DNA of 64,000 nt from Chlorokybus atmophyticus. Its lineage: Eukaryota; Plantae; Mesostigma and Chlorokybus algae. The notes under the pieces are model-generated. The model made no database searches. It saw only the letters and a list, made by a program, of their open reading frames with translations, and was not told the DNA's origin. Position numbers and translations under genes: made by a program. The first letter of the stretch is position 1, and each line of letters opens with the position of its first letter. Where the stretch lies: NCBI GenBank assembly GCA_009103225.1, contig RHPI01002264.1, positions 204,576-268,575 on the forward strand. Direction: 5' to 3'. This document shows, in pieces, positions 29,146 through 42,000 of the stretch.

Positions 29146-31330
29146 ATGGACGCTGGAGCTGGAGTTGCTTTGCGCGGAGGGGCTGGTGTTGTGGCATGCG
29201 CAGTCAGCTCAGCCGGCAGCATGGCTCAGCGCATGAGCCTGGAGGAGGCTAGATTCGTTGTAGCAAACGTTAGCATGTTGTCCAGCAGCTTGTCGCCTAG
29301 CAAGCTAGAGAGTGCTAAGCGGCTTCTGGAGGAAGAGGAGCGCAGCAAGCAAGAAAGAGCTCGCTTTTAGCAAACTGACATGCACTTCAGGCAGGGCGGC
29401 CCCAGCTACACTCCTGCGCGCCCGCCAGGAACTGCTGGTGCAACAGCCATGCCGGCTGCAGCTGCACGCAAGCATGAGAGCCACCAACCAGGTACAGTTG
29501 CTTGGTTGAAACTCAACTTGCTGGTTGTGCATATTACACATAATTGTGCTTCCACATGCTGCTTAGTGCTTAGCGTTCATTGCTACGGTCACATGCATGC
29601 ATGCACGCATCTATGTGACAATAGCAGTGCACAGCATTACCATTGTGCTTTCACTTGATGCTTAATGCTTAGCGTTCATGGCTACTATCACATGGATGCG
29701 TGCTTGCATGTGACAGTAGCAATGAACGCATTACTCAAGCAGATGAGCCAGTTGCAAGCAACCACGTCATGAACGCAGATGCTTGGGGCCAGCTTGACCA
29801 GGTAAGTGGCAAGCTTCTGACCTGTTGCAGGCTGGTGCTTAGTGTTCTGGCAAATCAACTCAGTTGGTCAATGACATGCAGAAGCGGACAGCTGTTTTGC
29901 AGATGCTTGCAAGTGCTCAGCCAAACACATCAATTGCTGAGTGCGGAGAGCAAGTACGAGGGCGCTATGAGGGTGAGCACTGGTCAAGTGTACGTGAAGT
30001 ACAACCACCAGTTGCTATTATGTTTATCTCTTGTTGCTTGCGTGCAGGCTCGATCCCGAGCGTTGCGGGACGCGTTCCTCATATTAGGAACTCGCTTGTC
30101 ACAGCAAAGTGGGGGACTGGTGGAGGTGATCAGGTAGGGAGAAATGCAACTGCATTGGCTGTAACGCTTTATCTTGCTCAGTCCTTGCTTTCCAACTTGC
30201 AGGGTCTTGGAAGCGGAGTTTCCTGAGTATGATTAAGAGAAACTGAAACACTACTTCCGTGGGTCCATGACAAACCGAGATCATTACAAAAAGCGCAAGG
30301 TAAGTCTGCAGGCTGAGAACTTTTGTTATGATCTCACATACTACAACACCGCATTGTAAGCTTACCTTGAGCACTGCTTGTGCCTTGCAGTCTCCAGATT
30401 ATGTGGTGACAAAGCGCAAGAAGGATCCGGACACAACCCCAAGCACAACCATGGCACCAACAACAAAAGAGCTTGCACCTCGAGCTCAATAAACTGTACA
30501 GACGCAGCAGCAGCGGAAGCATGCAACTCATCAAGCAAACTAGCTGATCCTCAGGTACTTTAGCATGCAATGACGCTTGTAGTCAAGCTATCAGCCCCTC
30601 AGGCAACATTGGTATTTAAATGGTAGTGCGTGCGATGAAGGTGATTGCTTGATGGTTACATGTGGCTACAACAGGATCCCAAGGCTCCTGCAGTTGAGGA
30701 AGTGCGCCAGTCCAAAAGGCGTGCAGTCTCCAAGAATCCAATCAAAGCTGGCACACACGACAATGATGCAATGCTGCAGCCACGAAGCCCATTCGATCGC
30801 GATAGTCTGGACGAAGAGCTGCTTGATGTAAGTGCAACAAAATGGTTGGTGTACTCTACTGGCAGTCACTGTTGTGTCACTTGTAGTTACTCGCGCTGTG
30901 AATGACTGCAAATATCAGGTATACACGATGTTAGCAACACCGCTCCTTGCAGGTGGTGACAAAGACTCGCAGTTCGCAGCGTGAGCCTGCCGCAGAGCAG
31001 GTGCATTTGTGGCTCAAGTCTGGGAAGAAACCCGTGGCTATTGCACGCCGTTGTGCGGACGCACTGAGCGCCGGTGTGCACAATCACAAGCTTGCCGAGG
31101 GTATGCTTTCTTGTGTTTGCTCGCTTCTCCATCTGCGAGCTGAGCTAAGTTGAATGCATGCAAGTTCTTTGTTTGCTCATGCCGTTGGCACATATGCAGG
31201 AGAAGTGGCCGTGTGGCTTGATGAAGTGCTGCAGCCGAGTGCGAAGCTACCGATCAGGCTTGGTGAGGTATGGAAGTTGAAAGAAGTGGAGCTGGGCAGT
31301 CGCGTCGCATGGCCGCTTGCTTACACTGGT
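29146..31330 (+). mobile_element. Decayed multi-exon CACTA ORF2 (TnpA/Tnp1-like) gene
   Basis: The last exons VHLWLKSGKKPVAIARRC..GVHNHKL|GEVAVWLDEVLQPSAKLPIRLGEVWKLKEVELGSRVAWP resemble the Tnp1/En/Spm (Transposase_23/DUF8039-like) signature. A telo-box (28999) and TATAAA (29100) lie upstream. In-frame stops are present. Confidence 0.6.
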
Positions 31331-32624
31331 AAGTGGTTGCGTGACTAAGCGCTGCATGCAACTTATGCTCTGGTGTGCATGTGTAATGAAGATGTTTGCA
31401 CATCGCGGCACCGTTGAACACGGTACGTCATGCGGCATGTGATGGTGAGGGCTGCTCGGCTTGTGAGGGTAGGTTCAAAGAGAAAGGCAAAAGCGTCCAG
31501 CGAGGCCGCTCTCGTAGGTAGGTGTACAACTCTGGAGGGTAGCATGCAGCACCAGTTCTACTTAGAACTTGTGTTGTTGGGAACGTAGTGCAGGGCATTC
31601 AAGCGCATTGCAGACAGCAGATTCAGAGACATCGTAGTGAAAGTCAGCATTGATTCGCTGACATGTAACGTGGTTGTGGTGTATATAGTAGCTCCCAATG
31701 CATGACTGCACATGTGGTCTCACATTCAGTGCTGTGCTACAATGTATGCGACAAGCCAATGACCTAAGTTCACGCATTGTTGTCTCAAATCAGCATGCTG
31801 GAAGCACGTATCAAACATGAACGACTTGGACTCACACGATGCAGTCTCACAATCAACATGCATCGCGTGTGTACAAGCTGCATGCTGGCGTAAACATACA
31901 CAGATGTTCAAAGATGCGATTGCTAAGTCAGTCTTTTACATCTTACAACCAAGCAAGTATAGCTCACTATAAGTAGCTACTACTTGCAGGCGCTTACAAC
32001 TCATCCTAAGCTATATGGAGCAAAGTTTCAGCTGCTCCAGCGCGTGCCTCCTTTGTCGCGTGGTGTCTTTACATTACACAACCATGTTGTGCTGTAAGAT
32101 GGACAATGTAAAGCGTTAAAATTTTGTGACTGGATTTTGGTGCCTTACATCCACTTTTTAGATGTCTTATTGCAGCAAGAATTTTGTAGGGAATATCGTG
32201 CGCACGCACATGTACACGCACTAGGGTATGCACACGTGCATGCGCACATACATGTAAGTATGTTCGTACAACACGGAGGTGGCAGCTCTGTGATGTTCAC
32301 GCATTAGCACTCGCCAGCTTTGGCTGGCGAGTCTATCTACAACGGCTCTCCCCTGCCACGTCAGAGGACGCACAGGGGAGAGCACGCTGTGCGCACCTGC
32401 TGTGCGCTGTCACGTCACCATGCCCTGCACCGCCAGGCATGGCGCCGCCGATGCCAGTTGCACCGGCCTTATGAGCGGTGCTCAGAGGCAAAGCAACTAG
32501 CAGCCTTGCCACGCATGGCAAGGCCTTGACTGCTGCGGCACTGGCCGCCACGGTTGTTGTTCTCGTTGGCGCCGAAGGCGCCATTGTGCTTGCTCAAGTG
32601 CGCGTGTTGCTGCTGCGCAGCGTT

Positions 32625-32969
32625 ATGCAGCACGGCGCTGCGCCTGCTGTGCTCAATTGTTGGTCGCCGCTGGAGCCGCCGCGCTCTACCACGGAGCATT
32701 TTTTGCTGCCTCCGGAGGACGGGGTCGAGCACCAGCTGGTGGGCGACAGCTTCCGCTCTATCCAGCTGAGTGCTTAGTACCAGCAGGTGGCCCTTGGCAT
32801 CGTTGTCAACGAGCTGTTGGCAATTGACATCGCCAAGCAAGTCAAGGTCCCCTACGCCGACGACCGCCCCATGCACGACCGGGTGGTCCTCGGCATCGGC
32901 CCCCTGTACGGCAGCCAGAAGCTGCGCCTGGTGGTCGAGGTCGGCATCAATTACGTCAGCCTCCCTTAG
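32625..32969 (+). pseudogene. Small GC3-rich ORF of unknown function just inside repeat A1 (one in-frame TAG at 32775)
   Basis: Strong third-position G/C bias in the + frame (GTG GCC CTT GGC ATC GTT GTC AAC GAG CTG..); VALGIVVNELLAIDIAKQVKVPYADDRPMHDRVVLGIGPLYGSQKLRLVVEVGINYVSLP*. Confidence 0.5.
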
Positions 32970-33330
32970 CCCCGTCGCTGCTTGCAGCAAGTGAATATAG
33001 GCGCAGGCTGCGGCACACTCGTTGTGCAGTTGCCTTCGCCAATGTCCCTGCTGCGTGTCGTGGCCTTGCAGCTCAAGTGTCAACTCAAGCTAGTGTCAGC
33101 TGCTTGCTATGCGCCGGCTGCACCCCATCGTTGTTGCCGCAGCTGCTTGCTATGTAGCTGTCGCCAACCTCTCATTGCGCTCAGCTGCTTGCTGAGCAGC
33201 TGCCGCTCCCCATCATTGCTGACGTGGCTGCTTGCCGCTGCTCACTCAGCTGCCGCAGCTGCAGCTGCCTTCTCATTGCTGATGCCGCCCCTTCCATTGT
33301 TGTCTTGCTGCAGCTGTTCCCCCCCTCCCC

Positions 33331-34700
33331 GTGTATTTGCGCTGCGTGACTCAGCTATGTGCCGCGGCACATATTCCGCTGCAGGTGCATGGGGCTGGCG
33401 GTGTCTGGCGCGATCCAATCATGGTACCACTGCCGCCCTTGCTGCGTGACCCAGATGTTGTGCCGGGGGCGCGCAGCTTGCGCACTGTGTTTGGCAGGGA
33501 CCGCACCACCCTGCGCACTATCTGTCCAGCGCCACAAGGCAAATGGCCCGGCATCTCCCCTGCTCAGCCAGGCCCGCCACCAGCGCCGCCCGCCCAGCCC
33601 GCGCCGGCGCAGGAGCCGCTCGTTGCCGAGGTGGCACAGCAAGCGCCGCAGCCCCCGCCGCCACCTGCGCCGCCCGACCAGGTCCCGCCGCAGCAGCTCG
33701 CCGACGTCGTCGTGAACGCCGGCCTGGGAGCTCCTCGAGCGGGTGCGCAGCAGGACCTACAGCCGGAGCAGAAGCAGGAGCCCGGCTAGGAGGCGCGCGC
33801 CGGTGAGGAGCCGGCCCCAATCCTCCCACCGCTCTCCCCCACCACCAGATGTCACGTCGTGCGCGCCTCGCCCAGCCCCTCCAGCGGCGCCGCCTCCTCC
33901 ATGCCCGCTTCCTCCCCCCAAAGGCGCAGCAGCGCCTCCAGCTCTCATGGCCACCCTGCGTGCCGCCAGAAGCGCAGCTCGCCGTCGTTGCAGGCGGGAG
34001 GTTGCCTCTACAGCTGAGGCATTCCAAGCCCTCTCTGATGCCATGGACAGCTACCTTGCCCTTTATTCTAGTGAAGACGATGCAGACTCCGAATAGCGGT
34101 GACGCTACTCAACCTCTCGACCTCCGCGCTCTCATCCATAAAGTTTACATGCCAGGACTGAGCGGAGAGTGCTTAGTGGCACGCATTGATAGCGTGGAGG
34201 ATCCTACCCGAGGAACTCTCAATGTTTCAATCCTGCCCTTGCAACACAGAGCACAGGTGTCTGCAGCGTGTGTGCTCCCCATAGATGCACCTACGCACAC
34301 GCCACCACCACCTTCCCCATCGGAAGAAGAAGATGTCTTTGCCAACACCAACGGCATGATCCTCGTACCAGATGGTATGCACGTCATACAATTCACGCGC
34401 ACTTCCCACTATGTGCGCGTGTGTCAGAATATCGTCAACCGCATCACCAATGACACCTCCATGCGGGGCCTTCTCAGCATGTGGCGCCGTTCGGAGCTTG
34501 TGACAGACTCAAGATACCCTCTAATGGCAGCTTACGTACATGTGCTGCTGGAGGCTAGCCTATTTCAAGAATTTGGAGAAGAATAATGCCGCCACCTTCA
34601 GTGAAGACTGTGCCCGCTTGCTAGAGGCGGCCAAAACCAAGCTGACCGCAGCTTACACCGAGGCTCGCCTGATAGACGAGGTCTTGGGACTGTACAGTGA
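33331..34700 (+). pseudogene. Putative gag-like ORF1 region of the YR retrotransposon (Pro-rich, fragmented)
   Basis: Position upstream of pol, overlapping Pro/Ala-rich ORFs, and a globular-looking block (LRALIHKVYMPG..VIQFTRTSHYVRVCQ). No diagnostic motif. Confidence 0.4.
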
Positions 34701-35934
34701 AATGAGACGTACGACAGCTCAGCATCGGAGCCAATTCCAACACGTGGCCAGGTACTCGTGTTGCTTAAGGGCGGCTCTGAGCATAGTGGCCAGCTCGCCG
34801 TGCCCTTGTGTGTTGTGCTTAAGGGCGGCTCTGTGCATAGTGGCCAGGTCGCCGTGCCCTTGTGTGTGTGCTGCACTCTCACGTGCTGTCCGTGCTGGCC
34901 AGCAGCCGCCACCTTGTTTGCTTCATGCTTATGCTGGCCTCGCTGGCTTGCCACCCGCTCAGGATTGTTGGTGGCAAAGAAGCTGGGCAGCGCGATCACA
35001 AGCGCGACGCCAATGCCCCAACCAGCTAGACAAACACCGACGCCATGATCACCACCAGCACAACGTAGCTGGTGGTCGGCTGCACGAGAAACGCCCATGG
35101 CGAACCCTGCAAAGCCTCAAGACGACAGCGTGTGAGTAGTTGAGCAGTGTCTGCAGTTGCAGCTAGGTAGTGCCAGCTTATGCAGCTGCGCATGTGCGTG
35201 CATGAACTTTGTATTCCCCTCGTTTATACATGTATTTTTCGCCCCATCTTCTCTGCCTCAGCGCAATGCTGCTCTGTGCCTTGCACCCTGTTTGCGCTGC
35301 TACATTGAATGCATGGTAGCGCCTGCGCCTGCATACACAGCTGCATGCGCTGACCTGCATGCTACTGCCTCTCGTCTGAGGCCCCGTGCCGCAGGCATCG
35401 CTGGCCTGCACCCACAGCTCAGGCCCCCTCCCCGCTTCGAAACCTGAGCGCAAGTCGCACCATAGCCGCGTCACCAGCCTTGCCAGCGCAGCGTCGCTTG
35501 CCTGCCAAGTCGCGCAGGCTGGCATGATGCATGTGCGCAGCAGCAGCAGCTGTTGTGGCCACTGCCAGCTTCAGCGCCAAATGCATTGGCTGCTGCCTCG
35601 CAGCCTGCGCAAGCTTGCCAGCCTGCCGTGCAGCCTATCGACACTGCTGACGGCCTTACCGGCAGCTGGTGCGATGAGGACACGCCTTTTAACGCTGCCC
35701 ACCCAGAGCATCAGGAGGAGCAGGTACTGCAGCTGCTCGCGGAGCAGCCATTGCTGCGCGACGAGCGCCAGTCAGCACCAGATGACTGGCCCACTCCGCG
35801 CTCTTCGCAGCCGTGGGCTGCGCAGCGCCAGCGCCTAGTAGTTGAGCAAGTCATCGCCGGCCTAGACAGCCTAGCAGCTGCGCCTCGAGCCGGAATGTTC
35901 GGCTGCGGCGTGCCTGGCGCAGCTGCAAAGCATC

Positions 35935-37942
35935 ATGCACGATGCCACTGCCTTTACAGCAGCGCTAACGGCCCTGCATGCTGATGCGTGGGAGTGCTGG
36001 GTCAAGCATACTGACCACCCCGCAGCTCACAAAGTTCTGACTTGGCTGCGCCAGGGCCTGCCGCTGCAGTTCATTGGCACAGGGCAAGCTGCAAGCAAGA
36101 AACTGAAGCAAATACATGCCATGCTGCGCGCGGAAGGCTGGAGCAACCAGCAGCGCCAGGCTGCATTGTACAAACGCACTCCCAGCCCGGTGCTGCTCAC
36201 CAACCGGACGTCCGTTGCTGAGCATGCCTTCTTCGTGCAAGATGAACTGCGCAACCAGGTCCTCACGGGAGCTATGACGCCAGTGCTCAGGCATGCAGCC
36301 GATCAAGTGGTGTCGGGCATGGAAGTTGTGACTCAACCTAAGCTCAAGTTGGACATTGACTTACAATATGTCAACATCTTTCTAGCACGCAATCCATTAC
36401 GAGAAGTTGTCAGACATCCTACGCTACACACACAAAGGGTGGTGGCAAGCAAGCTTTGATATCAGGCTATCATCATGTGCCTATCCGGGTAAAGCACCGC
36501 AAGTACATGTGTGTGTCATACCAAGGTCAGGTGTTCCAGTGGAATGTGCTACCTTATGGCCTGAGCATCGCATGCTATGCATTCACGCTCACGCAGCAAG
36601 TCATCCACAGGCCATTGCGGATGCAAGGCCTCGGCACCCTGTCCTACATTGATGACATGCACCTATCCCACGAGCACAAGCAGCACTTGCTTTGGAGGGT
36701 GAAGCTAGTGATGCGGCTGTTCGCAGCGCTGGGCTGGTTCTTCGGGTTGCCGAAATGCAACCCCGAACCAACCCAGCAACTTAAATTGCTGGGCCTGCTA
36801 GTGGACTCACACACAGGTGCTTTTGCAATTCCACCGCACAAGTTGCAGCAGCTAGAGGACGACTTTCGCGTCCTCCAGTAACAGCCTTGCATCACAGCCA
36901 GACAGTTGGCGCGCGTGGCAGGCAAGCTAGTGTCTCTGAAACTAGCTATGCCCCCTGTGCTGCTGTTTGCTAAAACGCTGCTGCTGCTTGAGCCGCTCGT
37001 GGAGGCGCTCGCGTGGGATTCCCTCTTCCCCTCGCCAGCCGACACCACGCGGTTCCTCGCCTGGTTGCTGGCGCGGCTGCGTGCATACACAGCTCATGGC
37101 TGTACGTGGTGGAAGCCGCCCTCATCGGTGCTGCTGCAAGCTGATGCTTCGGGTACTCATGGGTGGGGGGCGGTTGCCCCCTGGGGACATGTGCAGGGAA
37201 ACTTCGCAGCACATGAGCTGCAGCTGGCGCCTCCTGTTAAGGAGGCGCTGGTTTACATCCGTGTGCTGTGCGAGCTGGCACGCACCTGGCCAGCCCTGCG
37301 TCACTTAGCTATCACCCTGCAAGGTGACTGCCAGCAGCGCTGAGCAACCTGTGCAGGCTGACTGCATGAAACCCGTACCTGCGCGCGGAGCTGTTCCAGC
37401 TTTGGGGTGTGCTATGGCGCTAGGACTGGCAGCTGCACTGCTGCTGGCGATCGCGGGCTTAATTTGTACAAAGCCGACCTGCTTGCGAGCACCAGATGCT
37501 GGCGACTGAAGCTTGGCGCCAGCTCCGACACGCCTGCTATGCAGTCGGTGGGGTCAGCCCGTGCTGGATTGCTTCGCCTCCGATGGCAACACCAAGGCAC
37601 ACGTGTTTTGTGCTGTGGCAACCTGTCCAGGCGCAGCAGGTAATGCACTCACCGCGGATTTAAACGTCACCGCAGCTGGCTTGGCTTGGATGTTCCATCC
37701 CCTTGGTCTGGTCGCCCTGGTTGTGCGGTTGGTGGCGCACCAACCGCGTGACTGACTGCATCCTGCTAGTGCCGGGGTGGGTTTACAAACATTGGTGGGC
37801 CAAACTCGTGCAGTTGCTAGTGCAGAACACGGTGTTCTGCCCCCCCCCCCGCACAATGCTGTTTGTGAGAGGGCCAAGAGTGCCTAGCCATGTTCGTAGC
37901 CCAGCACATTTCGCACATGTTGCGTTGCTAATTGAGTTCTGA
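35935..37942 (+). pseudogene. DIRS-type pol: reverse transcriptase, RNase H and DAM-like methyltransferase (MT) domain; frameshifted
   Basis: VLTWLRQGLPLQF; DIDLQYVN; FDI-SGYHHV..FQWNVLPYGLS..AFT; LSYIDD; FGLPKC..LLGLLVDS; RNase H ADASGTHGWGA; MT-like WGQPVLDCFASDGN..AWMFHP..ILLVPGW...WW. Confidence 0.9.
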
Positions 37943-39015
37943 GCGGCGTACCTGTGTGTAGTGCGCCACCATGTGTGTGGTGCGCCATGCTCCTTGCCTT
38001 TGCATCTTGCCTGCAGTCATGCCTGAGGCTTTGCCGAACTGGGCCCCCCTCCCTACGGAAGCTGTGCAGGGCTACATCAGCTTGCCGCCACTATCTCGCA
38101 AGTGTTGTTTGAACAACTTGTTGGCAGCAGCATAGCTCAATGGTTGTCCCAACAACATGCGCCTCTTTCGATGCAAGCCTTCAAAGATGTGCCAAGTTCC
38201 CAGTGATAGCCCACACTTGTCAGCTCGCGAGAGGAACTCTTGCAGTTCGTTGACAAACTGCAACCCGAACCAACTTGCACAGGAATGCGGGGTGCTGCTT
38301 GGTCCTTCCAAATCTTCGACGTCACAGGTTGCACATACACCCCACTGTCGCTGTGGTTGACACTGTCTACGCGCACCTTGCAACCCTACCCACCACGCTG
38401 CCACGTACTCCACAAGTACATATACAATAGCCTGTCTCGCATGATGAGCACTTGTAGCACGCCGCTGAGCTTGGCAGCCCGCTGGCTGAGATGAGTGAGC
38501 AGCTGTTGCACTTGCTGCTCACTCATCTCAGCGGTCAAAGGGTCCGCTTGTCGAGGACGCAAGCCATCAACCACCAGCATGCGCTGGTAGCCTTTCAGGT
38601 ACTCTTGTACCTCAGGAGACATGCACGGGTTGCTTGCTGCTCGCACGGGATTACACGCGTTGCCACGACTTAAAGTGGCGTACCCGTTGGACAAGTGGTT
38701 TACCACGTTACGCAGCGAGCAGGCTGCAATGCAAGGCCCTCCAGCACTAGTGTTGCAGCGAGCACAAGTAATGTGCTTAGGCAACCAGTGCCCATTCAGG
38801 TAGGCCCTGATGTAATATAGGCCTACTGTGTATACGCTTTCCCCATGCCCTTGCTCGAAACCAGCAAATCCACGCCACGCCACGCTGCTTGCATGTTGGT
38901 GCTCGACACCATCGTGTGCACTAACTACTTGTGCAGCTGCGATAGCCGCCAGTAACTTCTCTCGCCCATGTTGAGAGCCTGCTTGCACGCGTTCTTCATG
39001 CGCGTGTGCTCCCAC
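37928..39015 (-). pseudogene. Tyrosine recombinase of the retrotransposon, antisense and convergent to pol; frameshifted
   Basis: N-terminal NPCMSPEVQEYLKGY, then RDRLLYMYLWSTWQRGG (catalytic R box), PLSYAAANKLFK, and LHSFRREGAQ..GAWRTTHMVAHY (H-x-x-R..W..Y). The stop at 37928-37930 overlaps the pol 3' end. Confidence 0.88.
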
Positions 39016-42000
39016 CTGCAGTGTGCCCGTAGGCTTCTACAGCTTATGCTGTTGACAGCCTGCGTATGGTGCAAACTTGGCTATGCTGTTGGCATAGCCA
39101 AGCCTTATTTAGGACACTCATCCACGGCTGAGTCTCACTGCCAAAATTGGATACAGTTGAGAAAGCGACGAGATTAGCATCATATGGTCGTGATAGATAT
39201 TTGCTATCATCGTGCTGCAAGCTCAGATATTCATTAGCACTCGCAAGCTGATTGGCTGGCGAGTCTATCTACCACGGCTCTCCCCTGCCACGTCAGAGGA
39301 TGCACAAGGGAGAGCACGCTGTGCGCACTTTTTGTGCGCTGTCACGAAACCATGCCCTGCATCGCCAGGCATCACGTCACTATGCCCTGCACCGCCAGGC
39401 ATGGCATCGCCGATGCCAGCTGCACCGGCCTCATGAGCGACGCTTAGTGGCGGAGCAGCTGGCAGCCTTGCCACGCATGGCAAGGCCTTCACTGCTGCGG
39501 CAGGTGCCGCCGCAATTGTTAGTCTCGTTGGCGCTTTCGGCGCCAACGTGCTTACTCAACTGCGCGCCATAACCCACCCACCCTGCGCTGCCGCCACCGC
39601 CGCCACCGTTGCCGCTGCTAGCTACTGCTGCAGCGGGTGTCGGCGGAGGCCCTACGCAGCGCCGTCCACGTGTCAGCCAAGGCTCACGTGGCCTAGCGCG
39701 CACTCTCAGCCGTTAGATGTGCATTCCAAACTGCCTATGCTTTTAGCACAGCCTTGATGAGGACACTCATCCACGGCTGAGACTTACTGCAAAAGTTTGA
39801 TGTAGTCGAGCAAGCGACGAAATGAGCAACATATGGTCGTGATAAACATTTGCTATCTTTGTGCTGCAAGCTCAGATGTTGACCAAATTAGCTGCCCCAA
39901 GCTCCTAAATAGTATGTCTGCAACAAAAGGCCCACTACACTCTCAACACATAGCAAGCAGGGTACAAGGCATGCCGACACGTAAGGTGGGTGGGAAGTCT
40001 GGTCAAAATGTGCGTATGCGTGCACAGGCACGTGCGTATGTATGCACGCACATGATATTTCTGCTCATCAGCATCGAATGACCTAATATAAGCGGTTGAC
40101 CTCAGTAACGCACATACAGCTTTAGTTCAACGCAGACTCTAGTATATAGGTACCGCAACACCAACTCTGCTACTGTTCATGGCTAGAGCAATAATGTGTC
40201 ACCCTTACAAGCAGCTGACAAGCACACAAATACATTATATAAGACACAACCCAACACTTCCAAGTGCTTGCTATTGTGCAGCTCAGCACGTGCCGCAAAT
40301 TGAGCTCTTGGCAAACCAGCTTCGTCATGTGCTGATCTTGTTGTAGCAAAAAACCTTTTACCGGGTAAAATCCAAGATATAAGCTAGTATTGCAGCACAC
40401 ACCATAGAGTAGGCCACCGACAATCCCGCACTCGCCTCGCAATGATGTCCAATCCGCGGAACACATTCGCCACCGACAACACTACAACGAGAAACCCAAC
40501 CAACCTATGGCCCCATTGCCAATAAAAGTGGAGTTGAAGACTTTGCCAGGCCCAATGCGAGCGAACTCACTTGCCAAGTGGCTAAAGATACAATATTAAT
40601 CCAAATGGCCAAGTGGTCTTTGTAAGTGGATGTCTCGACATGTAAACCGAGGCAAAACCCGACGATGCCAAGGAGGTAGCCAACACTTTGTACCACGCGA
40701 TGAAGATGGAACCGACGTGGACGAACATCGCGTATATGGCGCGCGATAATAATTCCCGCAGAAATGATTATACCAAACTTGTAACCATTCCAATACCGTG
40801 CGCATGCCTCTTGGCAATATCCTTTCCATCTGCACTCAATGAACCCGAGGTAAACACGATGGATTGTGCGCCTGGTGCCGATGATCCATGTGATTGCAGT
40901 AATGGGTCTAATCAAGCCACATTTTCAATGGCGTATACGACCGGCACGGTGCGGGTAAAGAACTTCCACACTGGTATTGTTGTTGAGCTGCAATGTGAAG
41001 ACCGCGTTGATCGTGTTGGCAGTTTCATCGCGCGTGCATGACGCGGACATGGTGGCGAGCTCGCTTGGAGATATGAATGAAGCCGCACCGCGGGCAACAA
41101 GGAGGAAGTCATCCACATTTGTTCATGTACAGAGTGTTGAGTGGCGATGGTTGTATGATGTCTTGTATTGGTGGATATACATACATGTTCGGCAGGTGGC
41201 GCAGGGTCTACATATACATATATAACAGCTCTGCTGCCTGGCATGGAGCCCGCATTGCGTGCGAGGCCAAAACCAGCCCACACGACATGCTGTACCTTGA
41301 AGCCAACTCCAACACAGATTGCCACACGTGGAAGTGTGTACTGGGTGCCCACATTGGTAGTGTAACAAGTGCTCACATCGCTATTCATTGAACGCAAGAT
41401 ATATCACTGGATAGGAAGGTAGTGCCATTGTGGCAAACGCCAGCAGCGCGTTGCTCTCCTCATCGATGATATCAATGGTGTTGGAGACGATATCCTCCCA
41501 CCCGAAAGGGGTCAATGGTACCCTCAAGTAGATATCAAGTTCCCTTTCTGCTCTGCGCACATCGGCGATACGAACACCTTCAGCGTAGAAGAAGGCTCTT
41601 AATTATGCGCGATTGAACTTCACGCCACGCGCGCATGGCACAGCCAGAGAGTATCTCCACACTTCCACTGATATCAGCACTCATCAAATCACCCCTGTGA
41701 TGAGCAGCAATGAGGACGCGAACGTGTACGCGCGCACACGCACGTGCGTGCGTGCGTGCGCATGCTTGGGTGACTGAGTACTTGTGCTTATGTGTGGGTG
41801 TGGGTGTGTGAGTGTCTGTGTGCATGTGTGTACGTCTGCCATATAAACAACAGTATTTACCGCCAGCCTCTGCGCATGGAGGTGTTGATATCTGCGCATG
41901 CGCTTGAGCCATCGGCATTGTCCACAACAATCTGCCATCTCAATAACTGGTGCGTGAAGCACTGGTAATACACCAACTGTGGGGTGTCATCATGAGGTGT

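Larger units (their letters stand above)
32302..39880 (+). mobile_element. Tyrosine-recombinase (DIRS-order, PAT/kangaroo-like) retrotransposon with split direct repeats A1-ORFs-B1-A2-B2
   Basis: A1 32302-~32612 matches A2 39232-~39570, and B1 39111-39231 matches B2 39760-39880. Internal ORFs are gag-like, RT-RNaseH-MT on + and YR on -. Confidence 0.9.

Noticed and set aside
32469-33083. 204-aa minus-strand ORF
   Set aside because: Codon bias favours the + strand frame (32625-32969); this is its antisense shadow.
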